Source of the DNA: Bifidobacterium longum subsp. longum JCM 1217
GTDB taxonomy: Bacteria > Actinomycetota > Actinomycetes > Actinomycetales > Bifidobacteriaceae
Direction: 5' to 3'
Length of the DNA stretch: 32,000 nt
Assembly (NCBI RefSeq): GCF_000196555.1
Contig: NC_015067.1
Location: forward strand, 1,500,001 to 1,532,000
Below, one piece after another: positions 17,159 through 26,027 of this stretch; position 1 is the stretch's first letter; each line of letters opens with the position of its first letter. The notes beneath the pieces are model-generated. The model did no database searches, was not told the DNA's origin, and saw only the letters and a list, made by a program, of their open reading frames with translations. Position numbers and translations under genes: made by a program.

Positions 17159-20100
17159 GTATCCCGCAGAACTTCCCGTATCTGCCGCGCGTGATGAGAT
17201 AGCCAGCGCGGTCAAACGTTCCCAAGTCGTTATTGTGTCCGGCCAGACCGGTTCGGGCAAAACCACACAGCTGCCGAAAATCCTGCTTGAGCTTGGCCGT
17301 GGCACGCACGGCAAGCAGATCGTGCACACCCAGCCTCGCCGTATCGCCGCACGCACGGTGGCCGAACGTATCGCCTCGGAGATGGGCGTGAAGCTCGGTG
17401 ACGAGGTCGGCTATCAGGTGCGTTTCACCGACGAAAGCTCGCCCGGCACACGATTGAGGGTCGTGACCGACGGTATTCTGCTCGCCCAGATCCAGCGCGA
17501 TCCGAAACTCACCCGATACGATACGATCATCATCGACGAGGCGCATGAGCGCAGTCTTAACATCGACTTTCTGCTCGGCTATCTGACGGCACTGCTGCCT
17601 CAGCGCCGCGATCTGAAGCTCATCATTACCTCCGCGACCATCGATTCGGTCAAGTTCCAGGAGCATTTCGAGCACGCCTTGCATGAGAAGGTGCCGGTAA
17701 TCGAGGTTTCCGGCCGCACCTTCCCCGTGCAGGTGGTCTACGAGCCGCTTGGCACCGCGCCCGCGTTGATGCGCGAAGTGCCGGGATTCGCGGTGGGCGC
17801 CCGCCCCGGCGACGCCGATTACGACGAGCTGGCCAGCGCCATCGCGGAATCCGATTCCGACCGGCCCCGCGGCCGGTCCGGTGCCTCCTATGCCGATGAC
17901 GGCATCACCGATATGCCTACCGCCGTGGCTCGAGCCTGCGCCGAGCTGGTGATTCACTCCTCCCACGAGCGCGGTCCCCGCGATATTCTGGTCTTCGCCT
18001 CCGGCGAGCGCGACATCCACGAGTTCGAGGCCGCACTGCGGCATCATTACGGCCCGCGCGCCGACGACATGCGCCGGCCGGATGCCATCGAGATCATGCC
18101 GCTGTTCGCGCGACTGTCCGCCGCCGACCAGCATAAGGTGTTTGAATCGCACCTTCACCAGCGCATCGTCATTGCCACCAATGTGGCTGAGACCTCGCTG
18201 ACCGTGCCCGGTATCCGGTATGTGGTGGACCCCGGTTCCGCCCGTATCTCCCGGTATTCGAAGACCGCAAAGGTTCAGCGTCTGCCGATCGAGCCGATCA
18301 GCCAGGCCAGTGCCGACCAGAGGTCCGGCCGATGCGGCCGTGTGGCCGACGGCATCGCGATCCGCCTGTATTCGCGTGAGGATTACGAGACCCGTCCGCG
18401 CTTCACCGAGCCGGAAATCCTGCGTACCTCGCTGGGTGCCGTGGTACTCCACATGCTGTCGGTGGGCGTGGCCCGCACGGCCGAGGACGTCACGAACTTC
18501 GGGTTCATCGATCCGCCGGATATGAAGGCCGTGTCGGACGGTTTCAATGAGCTCACCGAGCTCAAGGCCATCGGCCGCAAGCGCGGCGAGGTGACGCTCA
18601 CCCATACCGGTCGTCAGCTGGCGCGCATCCCCATCGACGTGCGTCTGGGACGTATGGTTATCGAGGCCGCGAAAACCGGTTCGCCGAATCTTCTGGCCCA
18701 GGTGCTCGTGGTCGTGGCGTTCCTGAGCTTGCAGGACCCACGTGAACGCCCGGACGACAAGCGTGAGGATGCCGACCGCATCCACAACCGGTATGCGGAT
18801 GAGACCTCCGACTTCCTGACGGCCCTGAATATCTGGGACCGCGTGTTCCAAGCAGACGGCGACCCGAGCAACAACGCGCTGCGCCGTATCTGCAAAACCG
18901 AGTATTTCAGCTGGCTGAGGATGCGCCAGTGGAAAGATCTCGTCTCCCAGCTACGCCAGATGTGCAAGGAGCTGAAGTTCAAGGTCGGCGACCCGCTGCC
19001 CGCCTCCCGCCCAGGCTTGGAGATCCGCCAGCTGCCGTTGAATCAGCAGGCCGCGCATTCGCTGTGCTGCGCGTGGGATGCGGACGGCATCCACAAGTCG
19101 ATGCTCGCCGGATTGCTGTCGATGATGGGCATGCAGGTGGTGCGCGAGCCCAAGGCCTCCGATTTCGCGGGGCTGACCGGTGCGGCGCGCGCCCGTGCGA
19201 TGAAACGCGCCCAGAAGCAGTCGAAGAACGATTATCAGGGCGCACGCGGCACCCGTTTCGCCCTGTTCCCCGCTTCCGCCGTGGCCAAGAAGACCCCGTC
19301 ATGGGTGATGAGCACCGAACTGGTGGAAACCTCTCGCCTGTGGGCCCGCTATTCGGCGGCCATCGACCCCGCGTGGGCCGAACCGTTGGCCGGCCAATTG
19401 ACCCGCACCACGTATGCGGAGCCGCACTGGTCGGGTTCGCGTGGCTCGGCTGTGGCCACCGCGCGCGTGCTGCTGTATGGTCTGCCGATCGTACAGGACC
19501 GTGCCGTGCAGTGGGGACGCATCAATCCACTTGAGGCGCGCGACTTCCTGATTCGCCAGGGTCTGGTCGAGGGCGATATTCAGCAGCGTTTCAGTTACGA
19601 CGACTTCGTGGGCAAAAACCGCGACATTCTCGAGGATGCCGCCGATGATGCGAGCCGCACCCGCCAGCTGGCGGATACCGTGTCCGACGAGGATCTGTTC
19701 GACTTCTACAACGCGGTCATTCCCAACGATGTGACCAGCGTGGCCGATCTGGCGAAATGGTGGAAGTCCGAGCATGACCGTCAGCCGAATCTGCTTGATT
19801 TCGACCCGGCCAAGGTGGAGCGTCTGGCATCCAGCGATTCGGTGAGTCTGGACGATTACCCCGACCATTGGCATACGACCGGATCGGACGGCCAACCCAT
19901 CGACCTGCGTCTGAGCTACGTGTACGATCCGGCCGACCCGGCCGACGGCGTCACCGTGCATGTGCCGTTGAAGGCGCTCTCGCGTATCACGCCCGACCAG
20001 TTCACATGGAATGTGCCGGGTCTGTTGGATGAGCTGATCCTGTCGATGATCAAGGCGCTGCCCAAGCAGCTGCGCGTCCAGTTCGTGCCGGCCCCGGATG

Positions 20101-21284
20101 CCGCGCGTGCGATTCGTGACTGGATCGACGAGCATTACCCGGATCTGCCGGGCTCGGGCTCGCAGCAGAAGCCGAATCTGCCGCCGGTGGATGAGGATGG
20201 CACGACCGTTGGCTGGCCCGATCTGGCACATGTGTTCACCAAGGCGGCCATCGCCACCAAGGGTGCGCAGATTCATCCCGAAGTGTTGGGGCCGGAACTG
20301 GTCGAGCGTCTTTCCCCGTATCTCAGAGTCACGTTCTCGGTGGAGCAGCAACTGCCGGCCGGCAAGCACCCTCGTGGACGCCGGCATGCGCGCGGCCCCA
20401 TCAAGGTGCTGGGTGTGTCCAAGGATCTGAAGGCGCTGCAACGCAAGTTCGCCGCGCAGGCGGAGGCGTCGGCCCGTCAAATGGTCAAGAAGCAGGCCGA
20501 TCAGGCTGGAGAACAGGGCAAGCTGGTCAGTCAGGCGAACCTGTTGCATAAGGCGGGTGCCACCACCGAGTCCCGGGCCACGATGCTCTGGCGTGGCGCA
20601 TTGGATGCGTTGCGATTGCCGGCCGAACGCATTTCGTCGCGCTGGCTGGGTACCGAGGCGTTGATGCTGGCTTCTGCTCCGTACAAGTCCACCAAGGATC
20701 TGGTCGAAGACCTGCAGCTGGCCACGGTCAAACGGCTGATGCCGAATGTCGACAGGCTCTCGGACGATGAGGCGTTAGCCAATGCGGTGCTCGATGTGCG
20801 CGAAGTGTACGAGGACACCGTCTATCAGGTGGCGCATGACGTGATCGCCGTGCTCAAGGCTTATGCCGAGGTCGACAAGGCCACTGGCGGCAAGGCTGAT
20901 CTGCCGATGCTTTCGGTGTTGCAGTCGATTCGCGACCATATCGCCACGCTCGTCTACCCCGGATTCATCGGGCGCACTCCCCCGGATGCGCTGAAGTCGT
21001 TGAGCCGATATTTGAGAGCCGATCTGAGCCGACTCAATAAGGCGAAAACCGATAAGAACCGTGATGTCAAGTGGGCTTGGCAGGCCGACGAGGCCCGTCA
21101 GGTGGTTGATAAGGCGTTGGCCCGTGCCAAGGCGGAGCCGGCCGGCCCGAAGCATGAGGCATTGATGAAGCAGGCCGAACAGGCCCGTTGGATGCTTGAA
21201 GAGTTCTACGTGTCCCTATGGGCGCAGGAGCTTGGCACCAAGGGGCCGGCTTCGCTCAACCGTATCAAGAAAGCGCTGGCGTGA
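17148..21284 (+). CDS. hrpA: ATP-dependent RNA helicase HrpA (DEAH-box)
   Basis: 1378 aa from the ATG at 17148 (MKYEYPAELPVSAARDEI). Motifs include GQTGSGKTTQ, IIDEAHERS, SAT and QRSGRCGR, with HA2/OB domains and the long HrpA-specific C-terminal region. The ORF-track start at 17076 lies inside the upstream gene. Confidence 0.92.
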   Translation: MKYEYPAELPVSAARDEIASAVKRSQVVIVSGQTGSGKTTQLPKILLELGRGTHGKQIVHTQPRRIAARTVAERIASEMGVKLGDEVGYQVRFTDESSPGTRLRVVTDGILLAQIQRDPKLTRYDTIIIDEAHERSLNIDFLLGYLTALLPQRRDLKLIITSATIDSVKFQEHFEHALHEKVPVIEVSGRTFPVQVVYEPLGTAPALMREVPGFAVGARPGDADYDELASAIAESDSDRPRGRSGASYADDGITDMPTAVARACAELVIHSSHERGPRDILVFASGERDIHEFEAALRHHYGPRADDMRRPDAIEIMPLFARLSAADQHKVFESHLHQRIVIATNVAETSLTVPGIRYVVDPGSARISRYSKTAKVQRLPIEPISQASADQRSGRCGRVADGIAIRLYSREDYETRPRFTEPEILRTSLGAVVLHMLSVGVARTAEDVTNFGFIDPPDMKAVSDGFNELTELKAIGRKRGEVTLTHTGRQLARIPIDVRLGRMVIEAAKTGSPNLLAQVLVVVAFLSLQDPRERPDDKREDADRIHNRYADETSDFLTALNIWDRVFQADGDPSNNALRRICKTEYFSWLRMRQWKDLVSQLRQMCKELKFKVGDPLPASRPGLEIRQLPLNQQAAHSLCCAWDADGIHKSMLAGLLSMMGMQVVREPKASDFAGLTGAARARAMKRAQKQSKNDYQGARGTRFALFPASAVAKKTPSWVMSTELVETSRLWARYSAAIDPAWAEPLAGQLTRTTYAEPHWSGSRGSAVATARVLLYGLPIVQDRAVQWGRINPLEARDFLIRQGLVEGDIQQRFSYDDFVGKNRDILEDAADDASRTRQLADTVSDEDLFDFYNAVIPNDVTSVADLAKWWKSEHDRQPNLLDFDPAKVERLASSDSVSLDDYPDHWHTTGSDGQPIDLRLSYVYDPADPADGVTVHVPLKALSRITPDQFTWNVPGLLDELILSMIKALPKQLRVQFVPAPDAARAIRDWIDEHYPDLPGSGSQQKPNLPPVDEDGTTVGWPDLAHVFTKAAIATKGAQIHPEVLGPELVERLSPYLRVTFSVEQQLPAGKHPRGRRHARGPIKVLGVSKDLKALQRKFAAQAEASARQMVKKQADQAGEQGKLVSQANLLHKAGATTESRATMLWRGALDALRLPAERISSRWLGTEALMLASAPYKSTKDLVEDLQLATVKRLMPNVDRLSDDEALANAVLDVREVYEDTVYQVAHDVIAVLKAYAEVDKATGGKADLPMLSVLQSIRDHIATLVYPGFIGRTPPDALKSLSRYLRADLSRLNKAKTDKNRDVKWAWQADEARQVVDKALARAKAEPAGPKHEALMKQAEQARWMLEEFYVSLWAQELGTKGPASLNRIKKALA

Positions 21285-22252
21285 CCGGACGGCAAACAAG
21301 TCGCCAGGCCACGCGCCAGCGCACGCGCAAGCCGTCATCACAGCGTGGGCAAGTGCGCGGATGCCTCGGCAATCGGAACAGGAAACGCAATCGTAGGCAC
21401 GGTCCGATCAATGCTCTGAAGCGTTCCTGGCGTAAGGCGAACTGGCCGACCCGTATCAAGATGGTGCTGATTCCCACGGTGGCGGTGGTCGTTGTCGTAG
21501 CGCTGGTGGCCGGGCTGGTTCGTTTCACAAACTGGCGGGCACAGGTTCGCGCAGCCGAGGCGGCACAGCTGGAACTGACGCGAACATACGATTTCAATCC
21601 GGGCAATATTATTTCGGATGGTCAGTTCTTCAACGGTTCGGCGATGAGTCAGGCCGAAGTCCAATCGTTTTTGGACACACAAGGTGGCTCGCTGGCCGCG
21701 ATGACCTTCGACACATCGAACGAGTCAGGCGAAGGCCTGTGCGCGGACTATACAGGCACCAAAGGCGAGTCGGCGGCGGCAATCATCGACCAGTCGGCCC
21801 GCGCCTGCAAGGTGAGCCAGAAAGTGCTGCTCACCGTGATGCAGAAGGAGCAGCATCTGGTCACTGCCGTCGATCCCAGCGACTATCAGCTTATGGCGGC
21901 GATGGGGTTGAACTGTCCGGATACCGCCGACTGCGATCCCGCCTATGCCGGATTCTTTCGGCAGGTGTATGGCGCGGCCAAGCGGTACCGTTACTATCTC
22001 GAGCACGAGGAACAGTACGGGTATACGGCGCACAATCTCAACTACATCCAATATCATCCGAACGCGGCATGCGGCGGCGCACAAGTGTATATCGAGAACA
22101 AGGCGACCGCCCTGCTCTACATCTATACGCCCTACCAGCCGAACATCGCCGCACTGGCCGCTGGCAACGGTACCGGCGATTCCTGCTCCAGTTATGGCAA
22201 CCGCAACTTCGCGCTTATCTACACCAGCTGGTTCGGTTCGCCGCGAAGCTGA
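21281..22252 (+). CDS. Hypothetical membrane-anchored exported protein with an Arg-rich cytoplasmic tail, one TM and a Cys-containing extracytoplasmic domain
   Basis: The in-frame GTG at 21281 overlaps the hrpA stop (GTGA). The tail reads TGRQTSRQATRQRTRKPSSQRG...RNRKRNRR and the TM is MVLIPTVAVVVVVALVAGLV. The domain contains FNPGNIISDGQFFNGSAMSQAEVQSFL...QKVLLTVMQKEQHLV...GLNCPDTADCDP...CGG. The start is uncertain; alternatives are 21353 and 21461. I recognise the domain pattern as recurrent in Actinobacteria but cannot name a family with confidence. Confidence 0.6.
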   Translation: MTGRQTSRQATRQRTRKPSSQRGQVRGCLGNRNRKRNRRHGPINALKRSWRKANWPTRIKMVLIPTVAVVVVVALVAGLVRFTNWRAQVRAAEAAQLELTRTYDFNPGNIISDGQFFNGSAMSQAEVQSFLDTQGGSLAAMTFDTSNESGEGLCADYTGTKGESAAAIIDQSARACKVSQKVLLTVMQKEQHLVTAVDPSDYQLMAAMGLNCPDTADCDPAYAGFFRQVYGAAKRYRYYLEHEEQYGYTAHNLNYIQYHPNAACGGAQVYIENKATALLYIYTPYQPNIAALAAGNGTGDSCSSYGNRNFALIYTSWFGSPRS

Positions 22253-22298
22253 TAACGGCAGCTGACCGGTCTTGTCCGATTGGACTCGGCCAACACTG

Positions 22299-22811
22299 TC
22301 AGCGTTCGACGTATGGACGCAGCAGGGTCGTGGCGCCAACCGCCAGCAGCGAGGCGAAAGCCAGCAGACACAGGCAGACGGCCTGCACGCAGTAGATCGG
22401 TCGAATGTGGGTCAATGGTTCCACGCCATGACCTTTGTCGGCCAGCTTGCCGCCGTACAGGTTGCTCCACAGGCAGGCGCAGCCGTAAATCACCAAGCCG
22501 ATGCTGATATAGCGTTCGGGCACGCCGATTTCGTCGCGCATGATCGGCGAAAGATACGTGTAGAAGACATAGGAGGCGGCTGCGCCGAAGACCACATCCG
22601 CCACGCCGAGCTGGATGCGGCGGTCGAAGAACAGGCGGAATTGCCTCAGGAAACCGATCTTCGCCGGATGCGAGTTGCGTGGCAGAGACACTGCCATCGA
22701 TGCCATCAGCACGGCGGTGAGCACCGAGACCAAGGCAAAGGTGACACGCCAACCAAAGGTATCGGCCACCCAAGTGCCGGCCGGTACGCGCGGTGTTCGC
22801 AGGTGCGTTCG
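22299..22811 (-). pseudogene. Internal remnant of an MFS transporter gene (roughly TM6 to TM9 only)
   Basis: The translation ...RVPAGTWVADTFGWRVTFALVSVL...GGKLADKGHG...LCLLAFASLLAV carries the MFS GWR..F motif, the central loop and the TM8-9 G..xD..G loop. There is no N-terminal half: an in-frame stop sits at 22812-22814. There is also no room for TM10-12, because only 46 bp remain before the convergent gene. Confidence 0.6.
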
Positions 22812-22947
22812 TCATGGGTGCTCTCTTGAGTGCTCTCGCTCGTACTACAAGCTGATTCGTCGGTTATGTCAATCGTTTTTTCGTATCAACTCAGCGACAA
22901 CGTTATTCCCACCTCTGCCCACTACCCACCACCACGACACGCCATAG

Positions 22948-22982
22948 AAAACCCCGCCGATGACCAATCATCGACGGGGTTT
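22948..22982 (-). terminator. Intrinsic terminator after glnA
   Basis: The minus-strand RNA AAACCCCGUCGAUGA-uugg-UCAUCGGCGGGGUUU is followed by UCUAU. It has a 15-bp stem with one mismatch and lies 23 nt after the glnA stop. Confidence 0.75.
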
Positions 22983-23004
22983 GGCACATGTGCAACGCTT
23001 GCGA

Positions 23005-24342
23005 TTACAGCTTCGGCAGATACTTCTTCAGCTCGTAAGGCGTGACCTGCTGGTTGTACTCCTCCCATTCCTGGTGCTTGTTGTCCAGGAAGTAGCCGAA
23101 GGCGTGTTCGCCGAGCACGTCGGCCACGAAGTCGGATTTCTCCATGATCTTCAGCGCCTCGTCCAGCGAGCGCGGCAGCGGCTGAATGCCCATAGCCTGA
23201 CGTTCGCCGTCGGTGAGCTCCCACACGTCATCACTGGTAGGCTCGCCCAACTGCATCTGCTTATCGATACCGTCGAGACCGGCGGCCAGCAGCACCGAGT
23301 AGGCAAGGTATGGGTTGGCCACCGGGTCGAGCGCACGGAACTCCATGCGCGCGGAGTTGCCCTTGCCCGGCTTGTACTGCGGGATACGCAGCAGCGCGGA
23401 ACGGTTGTTGTGGCCCCAGCAGATGTAGCTTGGTGCCTCGTTACCGCCCCACAGGCGCTTGTACGAGTTGACGTACTGGTCGGTGACCGCGCAGATTTCG
23501 GCCGCATGGTACAGGATGCCGGCGGCGAACTGGCGGGCGGTCAGGGACATGTTGAACTCCTGACCGGCCTCGTAGAAGGCGTTGGAATCGCCTTCGAACA
23601 GGCTCAGGTGCGTGTGCATGCCGGAACCGGGCGCGTCGGCCAGGGGCTTGGGCATGAAGCTGGCGTGAATGCCACGCTCCAAGGAAATCTCCTTGACCAC
23701 CGTACGGAATGTCATGATGTTGTCGGCCATGGTGAGCGCGTCCGCGTATCGCAGATCGATCTCGTTCTGGCCTGGCCCCGCCTCATGGTGCGAGTATTCC
23801 ACCGAGATGCCCATTTGCTCGAGCATGTTCACGGTGGCACGGCGGAAGTCCATGCCTGGGCTGCGCGGCACGTGGTCGAAGTAGCCGCCCTCGTCGATCG
23901 GGGTCGGGGCCTTGGACCAGTCGTCCTGGCTTTCGAACAGGTAGAACTCGATTTCCGGATGCACGTAGAACGTGAAGCCCTTGTCCTTGGCTTTGGCGAG
24001 CGTGCGCTTCAACACGTGACGTGGATCGCCGAGCGAAGGCTCGCCGTCCGGGGTCAGAATGTCGCAGAACATGCGGGCGGTACCTTGCGGGCCACCGCGC
24101 CACGGCAGGATCTGGAACGTCGAGGGATCGGGTTGAACGATCATATCGTCTTCGGACACGCGGGTCATGCCCTCGATGGCGGAACCGTCGAAGCCGAGAC
24201 CCTCCTCAAACGCGGCTTCCAGTTCGGCCGGAGCAATCGCCACGGACTTCAGTGTTCCCAACACGTCCGTGAACCACAGACGAATAAAGCGCACGTCGCG
24301 TTCTTCGACCGTGCGCAGCGCAAACTCCTGCTGTTTATCCAT
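23005..24342 (-). CDS. glnA: Type I glutamine synthetase, 445-aa GlnA2-like form
   Basis: The N-terminus MDKQQEFALRTVEERDVRFIRLWFTDVLGTLKSVAIAPAELE closely resembles actinobacterial GlnA2. GS catalytic-domain motifs are present throughout. At the canonical adenylylation position it reads DDVWEL, with Trp in place of Tyr. Confidence 0.9.
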   Translation of the reverse strand: MDKQQEFALRTVEERDVRFIRLWFTDVLGTLKSVAIAPAELEAAFEEGLGFDGSAIEGMTRVSEDDMIVQPDPSTFQILPWRGGPQGTARMFCDILTPDGEPSLGDPRHVLKRTLAKAKDKGFTFYVHPEIEFYLFESQDDWSKAPTPIDEGGYFDHVPRSPGMDFRRATVNMLEQMGISVEYSHHEAGPGQNEIDLRYADALTMADNIMTFRTVVKEISLERGIHASFMPKPLADAPGSGMHTHLSLFEGDSNAFYEAGQEFNMSLTARQFAAGILYHAAEICAVTDQYVNSYKRLWGGNEAPSYICWGHNNRSALLRIPQYKPGKGNSARMEFRALDPVANPYLAYSVLLAAGLDGIDKQMQLGEPTSDDVWELTDGERQAMGIQPLPRSLDEALKIMEKSDFVADVLGEHAFGYFLDNKHQEWEEYNQQVTPYELKKYLPKL

Positions 24343-24490
24343 AGTCGCCTATCGTTCCATAACCGTGTTACGAAGGGCGTTAACATCTCACTGTTCGTCA
24401 CCTGCGAGTCGCGAGATTTCATCAACATGCCCCGGTCCGCATGTCAGGCATGGTTCAGGCCCATGCCGGCACGGCACTATGGTAGTGACT

Positions 24491-25924
24491 ATGAGCGAAG
24501 ATCATCTCACCCCATCCGCCAATCCGCCCGTCGACGTGACCAGCTGGACGCAGGCCACCGACCCGCGCGACCGTTCGCGCGCCGGCATCGCCACTCGTAC
24601 CAAGGCGCCGCTGGACGCACATGCCATATGGAAGGTCAAGGAGGGCCGGCGTGAGGCGATCAGCCTTTTGGAGGAGCAGTCCGCGATTCGCGTACCGGAT
24701 CTGATTCCGCTGCGTTACAAGCGTATGAGCGCCAGCCCCTTCACCTTCTACCGGGGCACCGTGCTCATCATGACCAATGACCTGGCTTCCACGCCAGTCA
24801 CTGGCATTCCGGTGCAGTGCGTGGGCGACGCGCATATCGGCAATTTCGGCATTTTCCGCTCCCCTTCCGCCCGTCTGGTGTTCGATATCAATGATTTCGA
24901 CGAAACCGCTATCGGCCCGTGGGAATGGGATCTGAAACGTCTCGCCGCCTCGGTGGAGATCTGCGGACGCGCCAACAAAATCAAGGAGAAGGACCGTCGC
25001 GCCGCCGTGGTCCAGTGCGTACACACGTACCGCACACGCATGAAGTGGTTCTCCGAAATGGATTACCTTGACGCGTGGTATGAGCACCTGGACGTGGAGG
25101 AGACGCTCGACCGCTTCGAGACCACCGGTTCCAAACGCAGCCGTGTGCTGCGTGAGGCGGCCATGAAGGCGCTGCTGAAGGATAACGACGCGGCGGCGGC
25201 CAAACTGTGCCGTTATGAGAGCGGCAAGCTCAGGTTCAAATCCAATCCGCCCGAGCTGGTGCCGATCAATCAGCTGGATGATTACGCCGACTTGGATGCG
25301 TTGCAGGCACGTATAGACACGCTGTTCGAGAGCTACCGGCATTCCCTGTACGACGATCGCCGTTGGGTGTTCGATCATTTGCGCTATCAGGATGCAGCCC
25401 GCAAGGTGGTGGGCGTGGGCTCGGTGGGCCAGCGCGCGTGGACGTCGGTGTGGATCGCGCGTGATATCGACGATCCGATGATGATTCAGATGAAGGAGGC
25501 CACGTATTCCGTGCTCGAGCATTACTGCGGCGCGTCGCCGTACGCCACGCACGGTGAGCGCGTGGTTCAGGGGCAGAAGCTGATTCAGAATACGGCCGAT
25601 GTGCTGTTGGGTTGGTCGAGCTTTATGGCCGAGGATGGCCGACCGCGCGACTATTACGTGCGCCAGTTGTGGAATGGCAAGGGGTCGATTGATATCGACA
25701 ATCTCAACGCTTCGGGATTGAGCGATCTGTCACGCATGTGCGCATGGTCGTTGGCGCACGCCCACGCCCGCACCGGCGATTCGATTGCGATCGCCAATTA
25801 CATGGGTGGCACCGACGAATTCGATCAGGCCATCGCCTCATTCGCCGTCAGCTACGCCGAACAGAATGATGAAGACTACGCCGTCTTCAAAAAGCTCCTC
25901 AAATCCGGCGACCTCCCTTGCTGA
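24491..25924 (+). CDS. DUF2252 domain-containing protein
   Basis: 477 aa from the ATG at 24491 (alternative ATG at 24479). The IPLRYKRMSASPFTFYRGT and GDAHIGNFG motifs are those I associate with DUF2252. The ORF-track start at 24167 overlaps glnA and is rejected. Confidence 0.7.
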   Translation: MSEDHLTPSANPPVDVTSWTQATDPRDRSRAGIATRTKAPLDAHAIWKVKEGRREAISLLEEQSAIRVPDLIPLRYKRMSASPFTFYRGTVLIMTNDLASTPVTGIPVQCVGDAHIGNFGIFRSPSARLVFDINDFDETAIGPWEWDLKRLAASVEICGRANKIKEKDRRAAVVQCVHTYRTRMKWFSEMDYLDAWYEHLDVEETLDRFETTGSKRSRVLREAAMKALLKDNDAAAAKLCRYESGKLRFKSNPPELVPINQLDDYADLDALQARIDTLFESYRHSLYDDRRWVFDHLRYQDAARKVVGVGSVGQRAWTSVWIARDIDDPMMIQMKEATYSVLEHYCGASPYATHGERVVQGQKLIQNTADVLLGWSSFMAEDGRPRDYYVRQLWNGKGSIDIDNLNASGLSDLSRMCAWSLAHAHARTGDSIAIANYMGGTDEFDQAIASFAVSYAEQNDEDYAVFKKLLKSGDLPC

Positions 25925-25933
25925 GCCGTTAAG

Positions 25934-25956
25934 CGGACAGCCCATTGGGCTGTCCG
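25934..25956. terminator. Hairpin between convergent DUF2252 and priA genes (CGGACAGCCC-att-GGGCTGTCCG)
   Basis: A 10-bp perfect GC-rich stem read directly from the sequence. There is no clear U-tract on either strand. Confidence 0.45.
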
Positions 25957-26027
25957 TAGGAGGGGTCTGAGTGAAGCGATAGCTGAGCGAAGGTAGATTA
26001 ACAGTCTCGCTAAGGCGAGTCCTTTGC

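Noticed and set aside
16340-17356. 338-aa minus-strand ORF across the hflX/methyltransferase intergenic region.
   Set aside because: It is antisense to the methyltransferase and the start of hrpA, it has no domain signatures, and it would span a divergent promoter region.
22908-22929. Three CCCAC repeats (22908, 22918 and 22925) resembling the MraZ-box motif.
   Set aside because: Only two of the three are 10-bp phased. There is no adjacent promoter or gene start. They lie in the decayed region between the MFS remnant and the glnA terminator, so they are most likely coincidental.
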